49,463 bases of DNA from an uncultured Methanosarcinales archaeon (GCA_964467845.1 CAYXTQ010000001.1:1-49463); one strand, 5' to 3'. Shown: positions 7,826 through 15,527, counted from the first letter of the stretch. Notes: a model not told the origin generated them from the letters alone. Translations and numbers: made by a program.

Positions 7826-8803
7826 ATGAAAAAAGTTTTGATTTTGATTGGTTTATTATTATTTATAGTTGGTTGCGCTGAAGAGAAAGGAAAAGATGTT
7901 GGACCAAAAGAAACCCCTTTTGTTGGAGGTAAAACAGCTTTGGCTATGTCTTTTATAGAAGGTGCCCCTCCAGATGAAATTTTTGACAATGGACAATATC
8001 CTTTCTCTATTATCATAAAATTGGATAATAAAGGTGAAGATGACATTAGTGCTGGAGAAGGTTATATAAAAATAGTCGGTATTAATCCAACAGATTTTGG
8101 TAAAACGTCTGCTGACTTAAAACAAGATATTCCAGAAGATATTAAAGGAACAAGAAAAAATGCTGAAGGCGATATTGTTAATGGAGATACTATTATTATG
8201 GAATTTAATGATTTTAACTATTTGCCTGATGTGCAAGGTAACTTTGATGGTCCTAGAATAAGGCCAGAATTATGCTATGACTATGAAACAAAAACCTCTA
8301 CGCAAATTTGTGTTAAAAGTGATTTACTGCATGACTTTGAAACAAAAGAAATATGCAGTGTTAGTGGTGATAAAATAACCTATAACTCTGGTAGCCCAAT
8401 GCAGATAACAGAGTTCAAAGAAGCTCCTTTAGGCTCTGATAAAATACAAGTTAGTTTTAAGATAGAACACGTTGGTGATATTAATGACAGGTTCTTTAAG
8501 CAAGGAACAGAATGCAATTATAAAGTAACCAACCTTGATAAAAATAAGGTGTGGGTTGAAGTAACCTCCGACATTAACGGCAAGAAAGCTTCATGCTCTG
8601 GTTTACAAGAAGCTACTGCAGATAATTCTGCTGGTTATGTAACTTTATGGGACATGAAACCAAGAACAGTTGTTTGCAGCGTAGATATTGGTGATGTAGA
8701 AGGCATCTTTGAAGAATTATTTACAGTCAGCTTAAAGTATAGATATATGCAGTTTATAGAAAAGGGTATTTTAGTTAAGGATGTTTCTGCAGGCACAGAA
8801 TAG
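7826..8803 (+). CDS. Predicted lipoprotein, paralog 3 of the two-domain surface module
   Basis: 325 aa. The signal is MKKVLILIGLLLFIVGC with lipobox IVGC, and a GGAGG SD lies 8 nt upstream. Motifs are GKTALAMSFIEGAPPDEIF, DNKG, LCYDYETKTSTQICV, SGSPMQITEFKE, IEHVGD and LKYRYMQ. Confidence 0.8.
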   Translation: MKKVLILIGLLLFIVGCAEEKGKDVGPKETPFVGGKTALAMSFIEGAPPDEIFDNGQYPFSIIIKLDNKGEDDISAGEGYIKIVGINPTDFGKTSADLKQDIPEDIKGTRKNAEGDIVNGDTIIMEFNDFNYLPDVQGNFDGPRIRPELCYDYETKTSTQICVKSDLLHDFETKEICSVSGDKITYNSGSPMQITEFKEAPLGSDKIQVSFKIEHVGDINDRFFKQGTECNYKVTNLDKNKVWVEVTSDINGKKASCSGLQEATADNSAGYVTLWDMKPRTVVCSVDIGDVEGIFEELFTVSLKYRYMQFIEKGILVKDVSAGTE

Positions 8804-8814
8804 TTTTTTTTTTT
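8804..8814 (+). terminator. T11 run immediately after the stop of the last module gene
   Basis: The TAG stop at 8801-8803 is followed by 11 T. Oligo-T tracts are the known archaeal termination signal. Confidence 0.55.
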
Positions 8815-8830
8815 ATTTTTATTTTATTTT

Positions 8831-8930
8831 CAACCAATATTTAATTAATCATTAGGTTTTACACCACGATCACAATTATTTGTGCACTTTTTTCCAGTTT
8901 TTATTAATAAATTTTTCATTGAATTATTAA
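8831..8930 (-). repeat. Intergenic repeat module R2, copy B
   Basis: The reverse complement aligns by eye over ~100 nt with 44091-44200. Shared blocks are AATAAT(T)CAATGAA, AACTGGAA-AAGTGCACAA-TAATTGTGA, TGTA-AAC-CTAAT and ATATT-GTT. It contains the near-palindrome CACAATTATTTGTG. Confidence 0.7.
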
Positions 8931-8941
8931 AAAAAAAAAAT

Positions 8942-8981
8942 ATGAAAATTCCTTTACTCCTAACTTCATAGGAATTTTCAT
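8942..8981. other. Perfect 12-bp inverted repeat ATGAAAATTCCT (16-nt loop) AGGAATTTTCAT
   Basis: Read directly (8942-8953 pairs with 8970-8981). It is flanked by an A-run on one side, and the plus strand carries multiple T-runs further downstream (9067-9137). Confidence 0.7.
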
Positions 8982-9157
8982 CTTCTTCTCTTCCTTTAAT
9001 ATATACTTAAAGGAGCAACATAAGACGATTTTTGCTATCTGGTATAGGAGGATAAAACAAAATTGATTTTTTTTTTTAATTTTTTTTAATTTTTTATTAA
9101 ATTTTTTTTTTTTTTCAAATTTTTTTTGTTTTTTTTTTTTTTGATAATTAGAAATCT

Positions 9158-10108
9158 TTATTTTGCTAAAGTAAACTGACTTAGCAAAGCCTCCAACTGA
9201 ATAAATTCATCAGAACCTTCAACCAATCTGAACTCAATTTCTCCGCATTTCTCTATAAGTCCCATCTTTTTCTTATTATCAATATCTAAATTTAGAATTT
9301 CCTTTTGAATCTGTTTTATAACATCTATACCAGAAAGACCGTAGTTAAGCATAACATCAAGTAATTTTTTTCTTGCTTCAACAAATTTATTATCTATAGC
9401 TAATTTCAACACCTCGTTTATCTCTTTTGGTTTTGCTATTGAAGCTAAAGAATAAATGCTTTCTTCTGTTATATGTTTGTCTATAGCCGCTGTACTCTGT
9501 AAAATATTTTCTAATTTTCTGCAATCACCTTCACTTATCTCGTATAAAGCTTCTTTTGCTTTCTCATTTATTTTTAATTTTTCCTCTTTTGCAATATAAT
9601 CTATAAGCCCGAAGATTTCTTTTTTATCTAAAGGCTTAAACCTAAAAACAGCACATCTTGATTGTATTGGATCAATAATTTTGCTTGAATAATTTGCTGC
9701 TAAGATAAATCTGCATGTTTGTGTATAGTTTTCCATAGTCCTTCTTAAAGCTTGTTGCGCCTCTCTTGTTAAAGCATCCGATTCATCTAAGTATATTATT
9801 TTAAAAGGAACATCTCCAATAGATTTAGTTCTTGCAAAATCTTTTACTTTAATCCTTATAACATCAATGCCTCTTTCATCAGAAGCATTTAGCTCTAAAA
9901 AATTCTGATGCCATTTATCCTTAAATAGTTTTTTTGCAATTATTAAAGCCAAAGTGGTCTTTCCAGTGCCAGCAGGCCCTGCAAATAACAGATGAGGCAT
10001 ATTTTTATTATCAACAAATGCCTTTATCCTCCTAACAATCTCTTTCTGTCCTTTAATCTCTGAGAAATCTTGCGGCCTGTACTTTTCTGTCCAAATCGCA
10101 TGTTCCAT
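9158..10108 (-). CDS. rfcS: Replication factor C small subunit (clamp loader)
   Basis: 316 aa with Walker A GPAGTGKTT, DEAD-like YLDESD and the SRC motif (QSRCAVFRF). The overall RFC box order is typical. Confidence 0.9.
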   Translation of the reverse strand: MEHAIWTEKYRPQDFSEIKGQKEIVRRIKAFVDNKNMPHLLFAGPAGTGKTTLALIIAKKLFKDKWHQNFLELNASDERGIDVIRIKVKDFARTKSIGDVPFKIIYLDESDALTREAQQALRRTMENYTQTCRFILAANYSSKIIDPIQSRCAVFRFKPLDKKEIFGLIDYIAKEEKLKINEKAKEALYEISEGDCRKLENILQSTAAIDKHITEESIYSLASIAKPKEINEVLKLAIDNKFVEARKKLLDVMLNYGLSGIDVIKQIQKEILNLDIDNKKKMGLIEKCGEIEFRLVEGSDEFIQLEALLSQFTLAK

Positions 10109-10159
10109 TTTACAGAAGGATAGTTATAACTGGTTTATATATTTATTGATAGAAAAAAA

Positions 10160-10423
10160 TTAAATAATATCCTCTTCAGCTATAACCATAAAATCTCCAA
10201 TAGCTATAACTGCGCTAAAAGGAATTAGAATATTGCCTTCCTTATCTTTTTCAAGCTCTAATTTTTCAGTATAAGCTGTTGGATTGCGAAGAACTAAATG
10301 GATTAATTCTCCTGATCTGGTCTCAAATATTATGTCTCCTACTTCACCAAACCTCTTCCCCGTCTTAGAAACAACAGTCTTTCCCAGTAATTGCCTTGAA
10401 AATTTTTTTTCTTCTTCAGCCAT
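10160..10423 (-). CDS. PRC-barrel domain protein
   Basis: 87 aa. LLGKTVVSKTGKRFGEVGDIIFETRSGELIHLVL matches the small archaeal PRC-barrel pattern. Confidence 0.65.
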   Translation of the reverse strand: MAEEEKKFSRQLLGKTVVSKTGKRFGEVGDIIFETRSGELIHLVLRNPTAYTEKLELEKDKEGNILIPFSAVIAIGDFMVIAEEDII

Positions 10424-10463
10424 TATTACCCCTCTTTGCTTTGATAATTAAATTAAGTAATAT

Positions 10464-11333
10464 TTAAAGTTTTCTATTTAAGGTGGTTTTATTCAAGGTT
10501 TTAATTTTATTGTTTATTAAGCTGTTATTATAACATTGTTGTTTTAATCCGCACGAGTTACATTTGTTTGGGTTAGTAGTAAATTCAGGCACTTTATCAC
10601 TATTTATAGTTAATTGTACCTTGTTTATTAAAGAATTTACTTCATGCAATAAAAAAAAGTTTATAGCAATTTGCCTCTTTTGCTTTACATCTAAATAATT
10701 TACAAAACCCTCTTTTACCTTTTGTTTAAATTTCTCTTCCAATAATAAGGCATATGCTCCTACTTGAATCTTATGATTGGGCCATACATTCTCTTTCGGA
10801 CAATTACCTGTCTTTAGCTCAATTGGAACTATTCCATTGGTATAAATCTCAATTTGGTCAATAACCCCTTTTAAATTCAGTTTATCTGAATCAATAAAAA
10901 TCTCTGACTGTATCTTCGGAGTAAGTCTCTCCCATAATTCCTCTCCAAAAACCATGTGTGTTTCCATAAAATTAAATACATTATTAGCCCTTGCCTCAGA
11001 TTCTTCTATAATTAAAGGCCACGTGTCCTTAAAAAGTTGTTTTGAAGAAATATCTACTTTTTTTAATTCTTCCTTATACTTTGATATTGTCTTTCTCAAA
11101 AACCTTGATGTTTCTTTTTTATATATTTCTTTCAACTCCTCTAACGTTTTCTTTTCTTTAATGCTCTTTACAATATTTTCTTCTTCTTTATTAATTAAAT
11201 CATAAGTTTCATGCCTTATAGTTCCCTTTATAGTTGATTCCTTTACCGGCTCAATTAACCCTAAAACATATTGTAAGTATAGTTTTCTCTTGCAATACAT
11301 ATAAGATGTCAACATTGACACAGAAAGTTTCAT
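10464..11333 (-). CDS. Stand-alone Cas4/RecB-family PD-(D/E)XK nuclease with 4-Cys cluster
   Basis: 289 aa. It has an N-terminal Cys (YMYCKRKLY), GVIDQIE, IELK (ExK), the QVGAYALLL (QxxxY) motif and a C-terminal CNSCGLKQQC (CX2CX5C). No CRISPR array or other cas genes are in the window. Confidence 0.75.
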   Translation of the reverse strand: MKLSVSMLTSYMYCKRKLYLQYVLGLIEPVKESTIKGTIRHETYDLINKEEENIVKSIKEKKTLEELKEIYKKETSRFLRKTISKYKEELKKVDISSKQLFKDTWPLIIEESEARANNVFNFMETHMVFGEELWERLTPKIQSEIFIDSDKLNLKGVIDQIEIYTNGIVPIELKTGNCPKENVWPNHKIQVGAYALLLEEKFKQKVKEGFVNYLDVKQKRQIAINFFLLHEVNSLINKVQLTINSDKVPEFTTNPNKCNSCGLKQQCYNNSLINNKIKTLNKTTLNRKL

Positions 11334-11355
11334 ATCAATAAAAATTAAGTTTTAG

Positions 11356-11385
11356 TTTAAATACCTTACGCACACTTGGCTAGTG
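11356..11385. promoter_or_regulatory. 30-bp motif TTTAAATACCTTACGC[AG]CACTTGGC[TC]AGTG, copy 1 (TATA-like box 23-30 nt upstream of the Cas4-like ATG on the minus strand)
   Basis: 28 of 30 positions are identical to 15450-15479. The minus-strand reading is CACTAGCCAAGTGTGCGTAAGGTATTTAAA. Confidence 0.6.
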
Positions 11386-11401
11386 GGATTAATTACTTTA
11401 C

Positions 11402-11764
11402 CTAAGAAAGCCTAACTATTGCTTCAGATAATCTAACTAGCCTTTCTAGAAGACCGTGTACTCCATGATGGTCGTGTTTTTCGGCTTTTACCTCTTTATT
11501 TAAGTCATTAAGAAACCGTTTATAATATTCAAATAATTCTAAGGCAAATTCTTTATCATTTAATGCATCTCTTGGTCCACCATCTGTTTCAGGAAATTGA
11601 TAACTCAAGGTAGGATATGTGCTAACATGATTTAATACATCTTGATATAGGTTAGGAAACAGATTCTCAATTCCACTATCCCTAGCTAGAAGGTTTATAG
11701 CTTGTCTAAATTGTTTCTCAACCTTACGAAGCTGTATAATTAAGGCATCTTTTTCATTTATCAT
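11402..11764 (-). CDS. Hypothetical helical protein
   Basis: 120-aa ORF in a gene-dense minus-strand run. I recognise no motif. Confidence 0.5.
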   Translation of the reverse strand: MINEKDALIIQLRKVEKQFRQAINLLARDSGIENLFPNLYQDVLNHVSTYPTLSYQFPETDGGPRDALNDKEFALELFEYYKRFLNDLNKEVKAEKHDHHGVHGLLERLVRLSEAIVRLS

Positions 11765-11819
11765 TCTTTATTTATATATTACAAATTAAATATATTTAAA
11801 TTTATCTGTATGTTATAAT

Positions 11820-11923
11820 GGGGTTGCGAGGAATTTCAATGCTCAAGATTAAACTTGCAACACTTTGAACCCCGATCACGACGTCCCGAACGTCGTATGA
11901 TAGCCAAGTTACACTACAACCCC
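11820..11923 (-). tRNA. tRNA-Pro (anticodon CGG) with a 31-nt intron in the T-loop (between positions 59 and 60)
   Basis: The minus strand reads GGGGTTG-TA-GTGT-AACTTGGCTA-TCAT-A-CGACG-TTCGGGA-CGTCG-TGAT-CGGGG-TTCAAA[31-nt insert]T-CCTCG-CAACCCC. It has a 7-bp acceptor stem, a 5-bp anticodon stem, G37, G53-C61 and T54-T55-C56-A58. The insert pairs TTGAA with the T-loop TTCAA and forms a GTTGCAAG/CTTGAGCA helix, giving BHB-like geometry. Confidence 0.75.
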
Positions 11924-12036
11924 GAATATAAACTTTATTTTAATATTAATATTTAAATTTTTCATTGATTGCTAACTGAATTGGATATGAAGAAATAATA
12001 AAAATATTTAAATATAAGTCTTATTAAATTAAAATT

Positions 12037-12648
12037 ATGTTTGTTCCTACTAGGATGTTTTTGACAAAAGGGGTTGGCATTAACAGGGACCGCCTTGCTT
12101 CTTTCGAAGCTGCTCTTAGAGATGCTGGAATAGAAAACTGCAACCTTGTTTATGTTTCGAGCATTCTTCCTCCTTATTGTAAAATAATCCCTAGAGAAGA
12201 AGGTCTAAAATTATTAAAACCAGGACAAATAACGTTCTGCGTTATGGCAAGAACTGAAACAAATGAACCAAATAGGCTGGTGTCTTCTTCTGTTGGGGTT
12301 GCTGTTCCGAAAGACAGCAACAACTATGGCTATCTTTCTGAGCATCATGGTTACGGCGAGACTGCCAAAAAATCAGGAGAATATGCTGAAGATTTGGCTG
12401 CAACAATGTTAGCAACCACTTTAGGGGTTGAATTTGACCCGGATAAGGCTTGGGAAGAAAGGGAGCAGATTTACAAAGCATCAGGTAATATATTCAAAAC
12501 TACGCACATTTGCCAGTCATCTGAAGGTAATAAAGATGGTTTGTGGACAACTGCAATTGCTGTAGCTGTATTAATTTTAGATAAAATTCCTAACGCAGAA
12601 AATGCTGTTCCAGTATCTCAGCAAACAACGTCTAATCATTTAAATTAA
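12037..12648 (+). CDS. pdaD: Pyruvoyl-dependent arginine decarboxylase
   Basis: 203 aa. It has the N-terminus [12 protein letters not shown] and the self-cleavage motif VYVSSILPP typical of PvlArgDC. Confidence 0.8.
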   Translation: MFVPTRMFLTKGVGINRDRLASFEAALRDAGIENCNLVYVSSILPPYCKIIPREEGLKLLKPGQITFCVMARTETNEPNRLVSSSVGVAVPKDSNNYGYLSEHHGYGETAKKSGEYAEDLAATMLATTLGVEFDPDKAWEEREQIYKASGNIFKTTHICQSSEGNKDGLWTTAIAVAVLILDKIPNAENAVPVSQQTTSNHLN

Positions 12649-12697
12649 ATTCTAAATCTCAGAAACATTTTTATACTATATTCTTTAGCTAAATATT

Positions 12698-13774
12698 ATG
12701 GATATTCAATCTAGATTAAATTTAATAAAAGAGGTTGGGGAAGAGATTATAACAGAACAAGAACTAAAAACATTGTTAGAAACTAAATCTAAGCCTGTTG
12801 CATATGATGGTTTTGAGCCTTCAGGATATTCTGTCCATATTGCGCAGGGCCTTCTTCGTGCTATAACTGTGAATAAGATGCTCAAGGCAGGTGTCAAATT
12901 TGTTATGTATGCTGCTGATTGGCATGGATGGGCAAATCTAAAGTTGGGTGGAGATTTAGACAAAATCCATATCGCTGGAGATTATCTTGTTGAGATTTGG
13001 AAAGCCTGTGGTATGGATACTGAGAATGTAAAGATGATCAGGGCTACTGATATAGTATATAAAAAAAGTTACTGGAAAACTGTAGTGAGGATTGCTCAAG
13101 CTGCAACTCTAAAAAGATTGGTTCGTTGTTCTCAGATAATGGGAAGAAAAGAGAGTGACACTTTATCAGGATCGCAGATAATTTATCCATGTATGCAAGC
13201 AGCTGATGTTTATGAGATTGGAGCAGATATAACTTCTTTAGGAATAGACCAAAAAAAAGTATATGTATTATGTAGAGAAATTGCACCAAAACTTGGATTA
13301 TGGAAACCTGTTATAGTAAGCCACCATATGTTAATGGGTTTATTAGAACCACCCAAGGATGTGAAGGATCCTGTTGAAAGGGCTATAGCTATGAAAATGT
13401 CAAAATCTATGCCTGATTCCGCAATATTTATGACAGATAGTCAGGAAGATATAAAGAGGAAAATTAACAAAGCTTTCTGTCCTGAAGGAGTAGCTGATGA
13501 AAACCCCATCTTAGAATACTGTAAATACATTATTTTTGAGAAATTTAAAGAATTCAAAGTTGAAAGACCAGCTAAATTTGGTGGAGATATTAGCTTCGGA
13601 AGTTATGATGAGTTAGAAAAATCGTTTATTAAAAAGGAGCTTCATCCTATGGATCTTAAACAAGCAACTGCTAATTATATTAATCAACTTCTTTCTCCTG
13701 TGAGAAAACATTTCGAAACAGGAAAAGCAAAGAAATTATTAGAACAGGTAAGAAGCTTTAAAATTACAAGGTAG
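12698..13774 (+). CDS. tyrS: Tyrosyl-tRNA synthetase (archaeal type)
   Basis: 358 aa with a HIGH-like motif (EPSGYSVHIAQG) and KMSKS. The C-terminal RPAKFGGDISFGSYDELEKSFIKKELHPMDLK closely resembles M. jannaschii TyrS from memory. Confidence 0.9.
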   Translation: MDIQSRLNLIKEVGEEIITEQELKTLLETKSKPVAYDGFEPSGYSVHIAQGLLRAITVNKMLKAGVKFVMYAADWHGWANLKLGGDLDKIHIAGDYLVEIWKACGMDTENVKMIRATDIVYKKSYWKTVVRIAQAATLKRLVRCSQIMGRKESDTLSGSQIIYPCMQAADVYEIGADITSLGIDQKKVYVLCREIAPKLGLWKPVIVSHHMLMGLLEPPKDVKDPVERAIAMKMSKSMPDSAIFMTDSQEDIKRKINKAFCPEGVADENPILEYCKYIIFEKFKEFKVERPAKFGGDISFGSYDELEKSFIKKELHPMDLKQATANYINQLLSPVRKHFETGKAKKLLEQVRSFKITR

Positions 13775-15335
13775 GTTGTAATTTAAGATTTATCGGAATT
13801 CCTTTAGAAAAATCCAGACTATTTATTCTTTCATTCTTTATTTTTAAAATTAGATTCTCTTTCTTAAACAAAAAATTCCAAGCTTCTTCTTTAGAACATA
13901 AAGATTCAACCCACTTTGGCATAAACGGTTGATATTTACCATTATTTATTGGATATTGCTTCTCCAATGCTTTGATTTTAGTTTTAAAGTCTGCCTTAAT
14001 TGCTAAATTTCTTATCTCTTTTTGTAGTGGATGACAACTTCTGTATTCACCATATTTTCTTGAAGTTATTTTTTTCATCATATTTATGAACTTATGAACT
14101 TTATCAGGCCTTATACTGTTTTCTGCAGCTTTAATGAAAAATTCAAGTTGTTGTACTATTTGTTTAGAACCATAATTCTCTGATAAGTGATTTAAGGAGC
14201 CAGGGGCAAATCTAATCCTGTATAAATATCTACTTTTACTTTTAGAATATGAAACATAGTTTCTTTTGCCTTGCATGGTTGATGTAGGAATTAGATTTAA
14301 GACATTAACAAATGCAGAGTAATCTATGTTTGGTGATGTTGCCAAATCTATTATTGGTGATGGCTTGAAACTGTATGTGCCATCTCCATCAAATACTCCT
14401 TGAAAATACTCCTGAGTTGAGTCTAATTCTCTCAAGAAGTTATAAGGAATACTCTTTTTATATCCAGAGGTAAGGGATTTATTTATTTTTTGTACAAGAT
14501 CCTTCTCTTTCAGTTTATTCATAAAGACTGGTGAAACTGAAGAAATATTGGTTTTAAATACTGTTTTGTTGGATTTTTTGTCTAGTACAACGTAAGTGTT
14601 ACTTATCTTTTTTTTATTTTTGAAAATAGGAAATACTCTCTGAATGAATTGAGGGTACCAATACCCCTGAAAAATGTCTGAACTTCCTACTTGATAAGTG
14701 AATGAAAAATCACTACCATTATTCCTTAAATGACCGTCTGAAAGAAATAAACCTAAAAAATATAAATTATGCTTCGAGAATGAAAAAACATCCTTTTCAT
14801 ATATTATAGGCAAATTTTTGTTAGTCTTCCAGCTTCTTATTCCTCTTTCATTTATATCTATCTTGTTATAAAGTGAGGATGTTAGTAAACCATATTTGTG
14901 AGAATTATCTAAATGGTGCTTTAACTCATTCCAGTACTTATCATAAACATACGCATTTCCTTTTGGATGTGTAACCCAAAACGAAGGTACTGGACATCCT
15001 TCAATCTTAATTCGATTTAAGTTACAAAGAGGACAAAAATAAGAGAATCCGTGCTTACACCCATTTCCACTATGTCTCGTTGTATTAAAATTTTCAACAA
15101 TAATTGGTTTTCTGACTCCACTGAGCCAACCTTGGATCGCTCTTTGACTAATTTTGTTATCTGTAATCTTTGAAATGTACTTGGATAGGTCGCTCTTTGT
15201 TCGAAATCTCTTATCTTTAAGTTGTTTTTGTATGAATTTCCAAAATGATTTTGATAAGGCATAATATTTCTTGCCTTTTCCTCCATGAAGTACTCTAAGT
15301 TCTGGGTATGTGTTTTTTAAATGATGCGATGTCAT
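13764..15335 (-). CDS. Free-standing double-motif LAGLIDADG homing-endonuclease-like protein with an N-terminal HTH-like/Cys-rich extension
   Basis: 523 aa with two LAGLIDADG motifs (LGLFLSDGHL and FQGVFDGDGTY). The N-terminus repeats ISQRAIQGWLSGVRKPI and ERGIRSWKTNKNLPI and has a Cys cluster CKHGFSYFCPLCN. It overlaps the tyrS 3' end by 11 nt in convergent orientation. Confidence 0.75.
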   Translation of the reverse strand: MTSHHLKNTYPELRVLHGGKGKKYYALSKSFWKFIQKQLKDKRFRTKSDLSKYISKITDNKISQRAIQGWLSGVRKPIIVENFNTTRHSGNGCKHGFSYFCPLCNLNRIKIEGCPVPSFWVTHPKGNAYVYDKYWNELKHHLDNSHKYGLLTSSLYNKIDINERGIRSWKTNKNLPIIYEKDVFSFSKHNLYFLGLFLSDGHLRNNGSDFSFTYQVGSSDIFQGYWYPQFIQRVFPIFKNKKKISNTYVVLDKKSNKTVFKTNISSVSPVFMNKLKEKDLVQKINKSLTSGYKKSIPYNFLRELDSTQEYFQGVFDGDGTYSFKPSPIIDLATSPNIDYSAFVNVLNLIPTSTMQGKRNYVSYSKSKSRYLYRIRFAPGSLNHLSENYGSKQIVQQLEFFIKAAENSIRPDKVHKFINMMKKITSRKYGEYRSCHPLQKEIRNLAIKADFKTKIKALEKQYPINNGKYQPFMPKWVESLCSKEEAWNFLFKKENLILKIKNERINSLDFSKGIPINLKLQPTL

Positions 15336-15449
15336 TTCAAATCACTCAACCCATGATTAAATCTTCTTTTTAAATGATTTTAGGAAATCTTTCCAAAATC
15401 ATAATTTAAAGGGATTAAAAATATCAAAGATTTGAAATATACGAGCACC

Positions 15450-15479
15450 TTTAAATACCTTACGCGCACTTGGCCAGTG
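15450..15479. promoter_or_regulatory. 30-bp motif, copy 2, in the divergent region between the LAGLIDADG gene and the M24 peptidase gene
   Basis: TTTAAATACCTTACGCGCACTTGGCCAGTG matches 28 of 30 positions in 11356-11385. Confidence 0.6.
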
Positions 15480-15527
15480 CTTGTGGGTGGGTTATATGGG
15501 CTGATTATTTCATCAAAAAGGTTATAA

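Noticed and set aside
216-8830. Reading R1 ... R2rc as the ends of an integrated mobile island carrying pelota and the surface module
   Set aside because: There is no integrase, transposase or tRNA target, and no direct repeats at the two ends. R1 and R2 are different sequences. Pelota is a core gene. The orientation logic fits gene-3'-end elements better. I kept the rearrangement idea only as a minor alternative.
8942-8971. 9-codon mini-ORF (MKIPLLLTS) starting at the left arm of the 12-bp inverted repeat
   Set aside because: It is too short and has no SD. The sequence is better explained as a hairpin arm.
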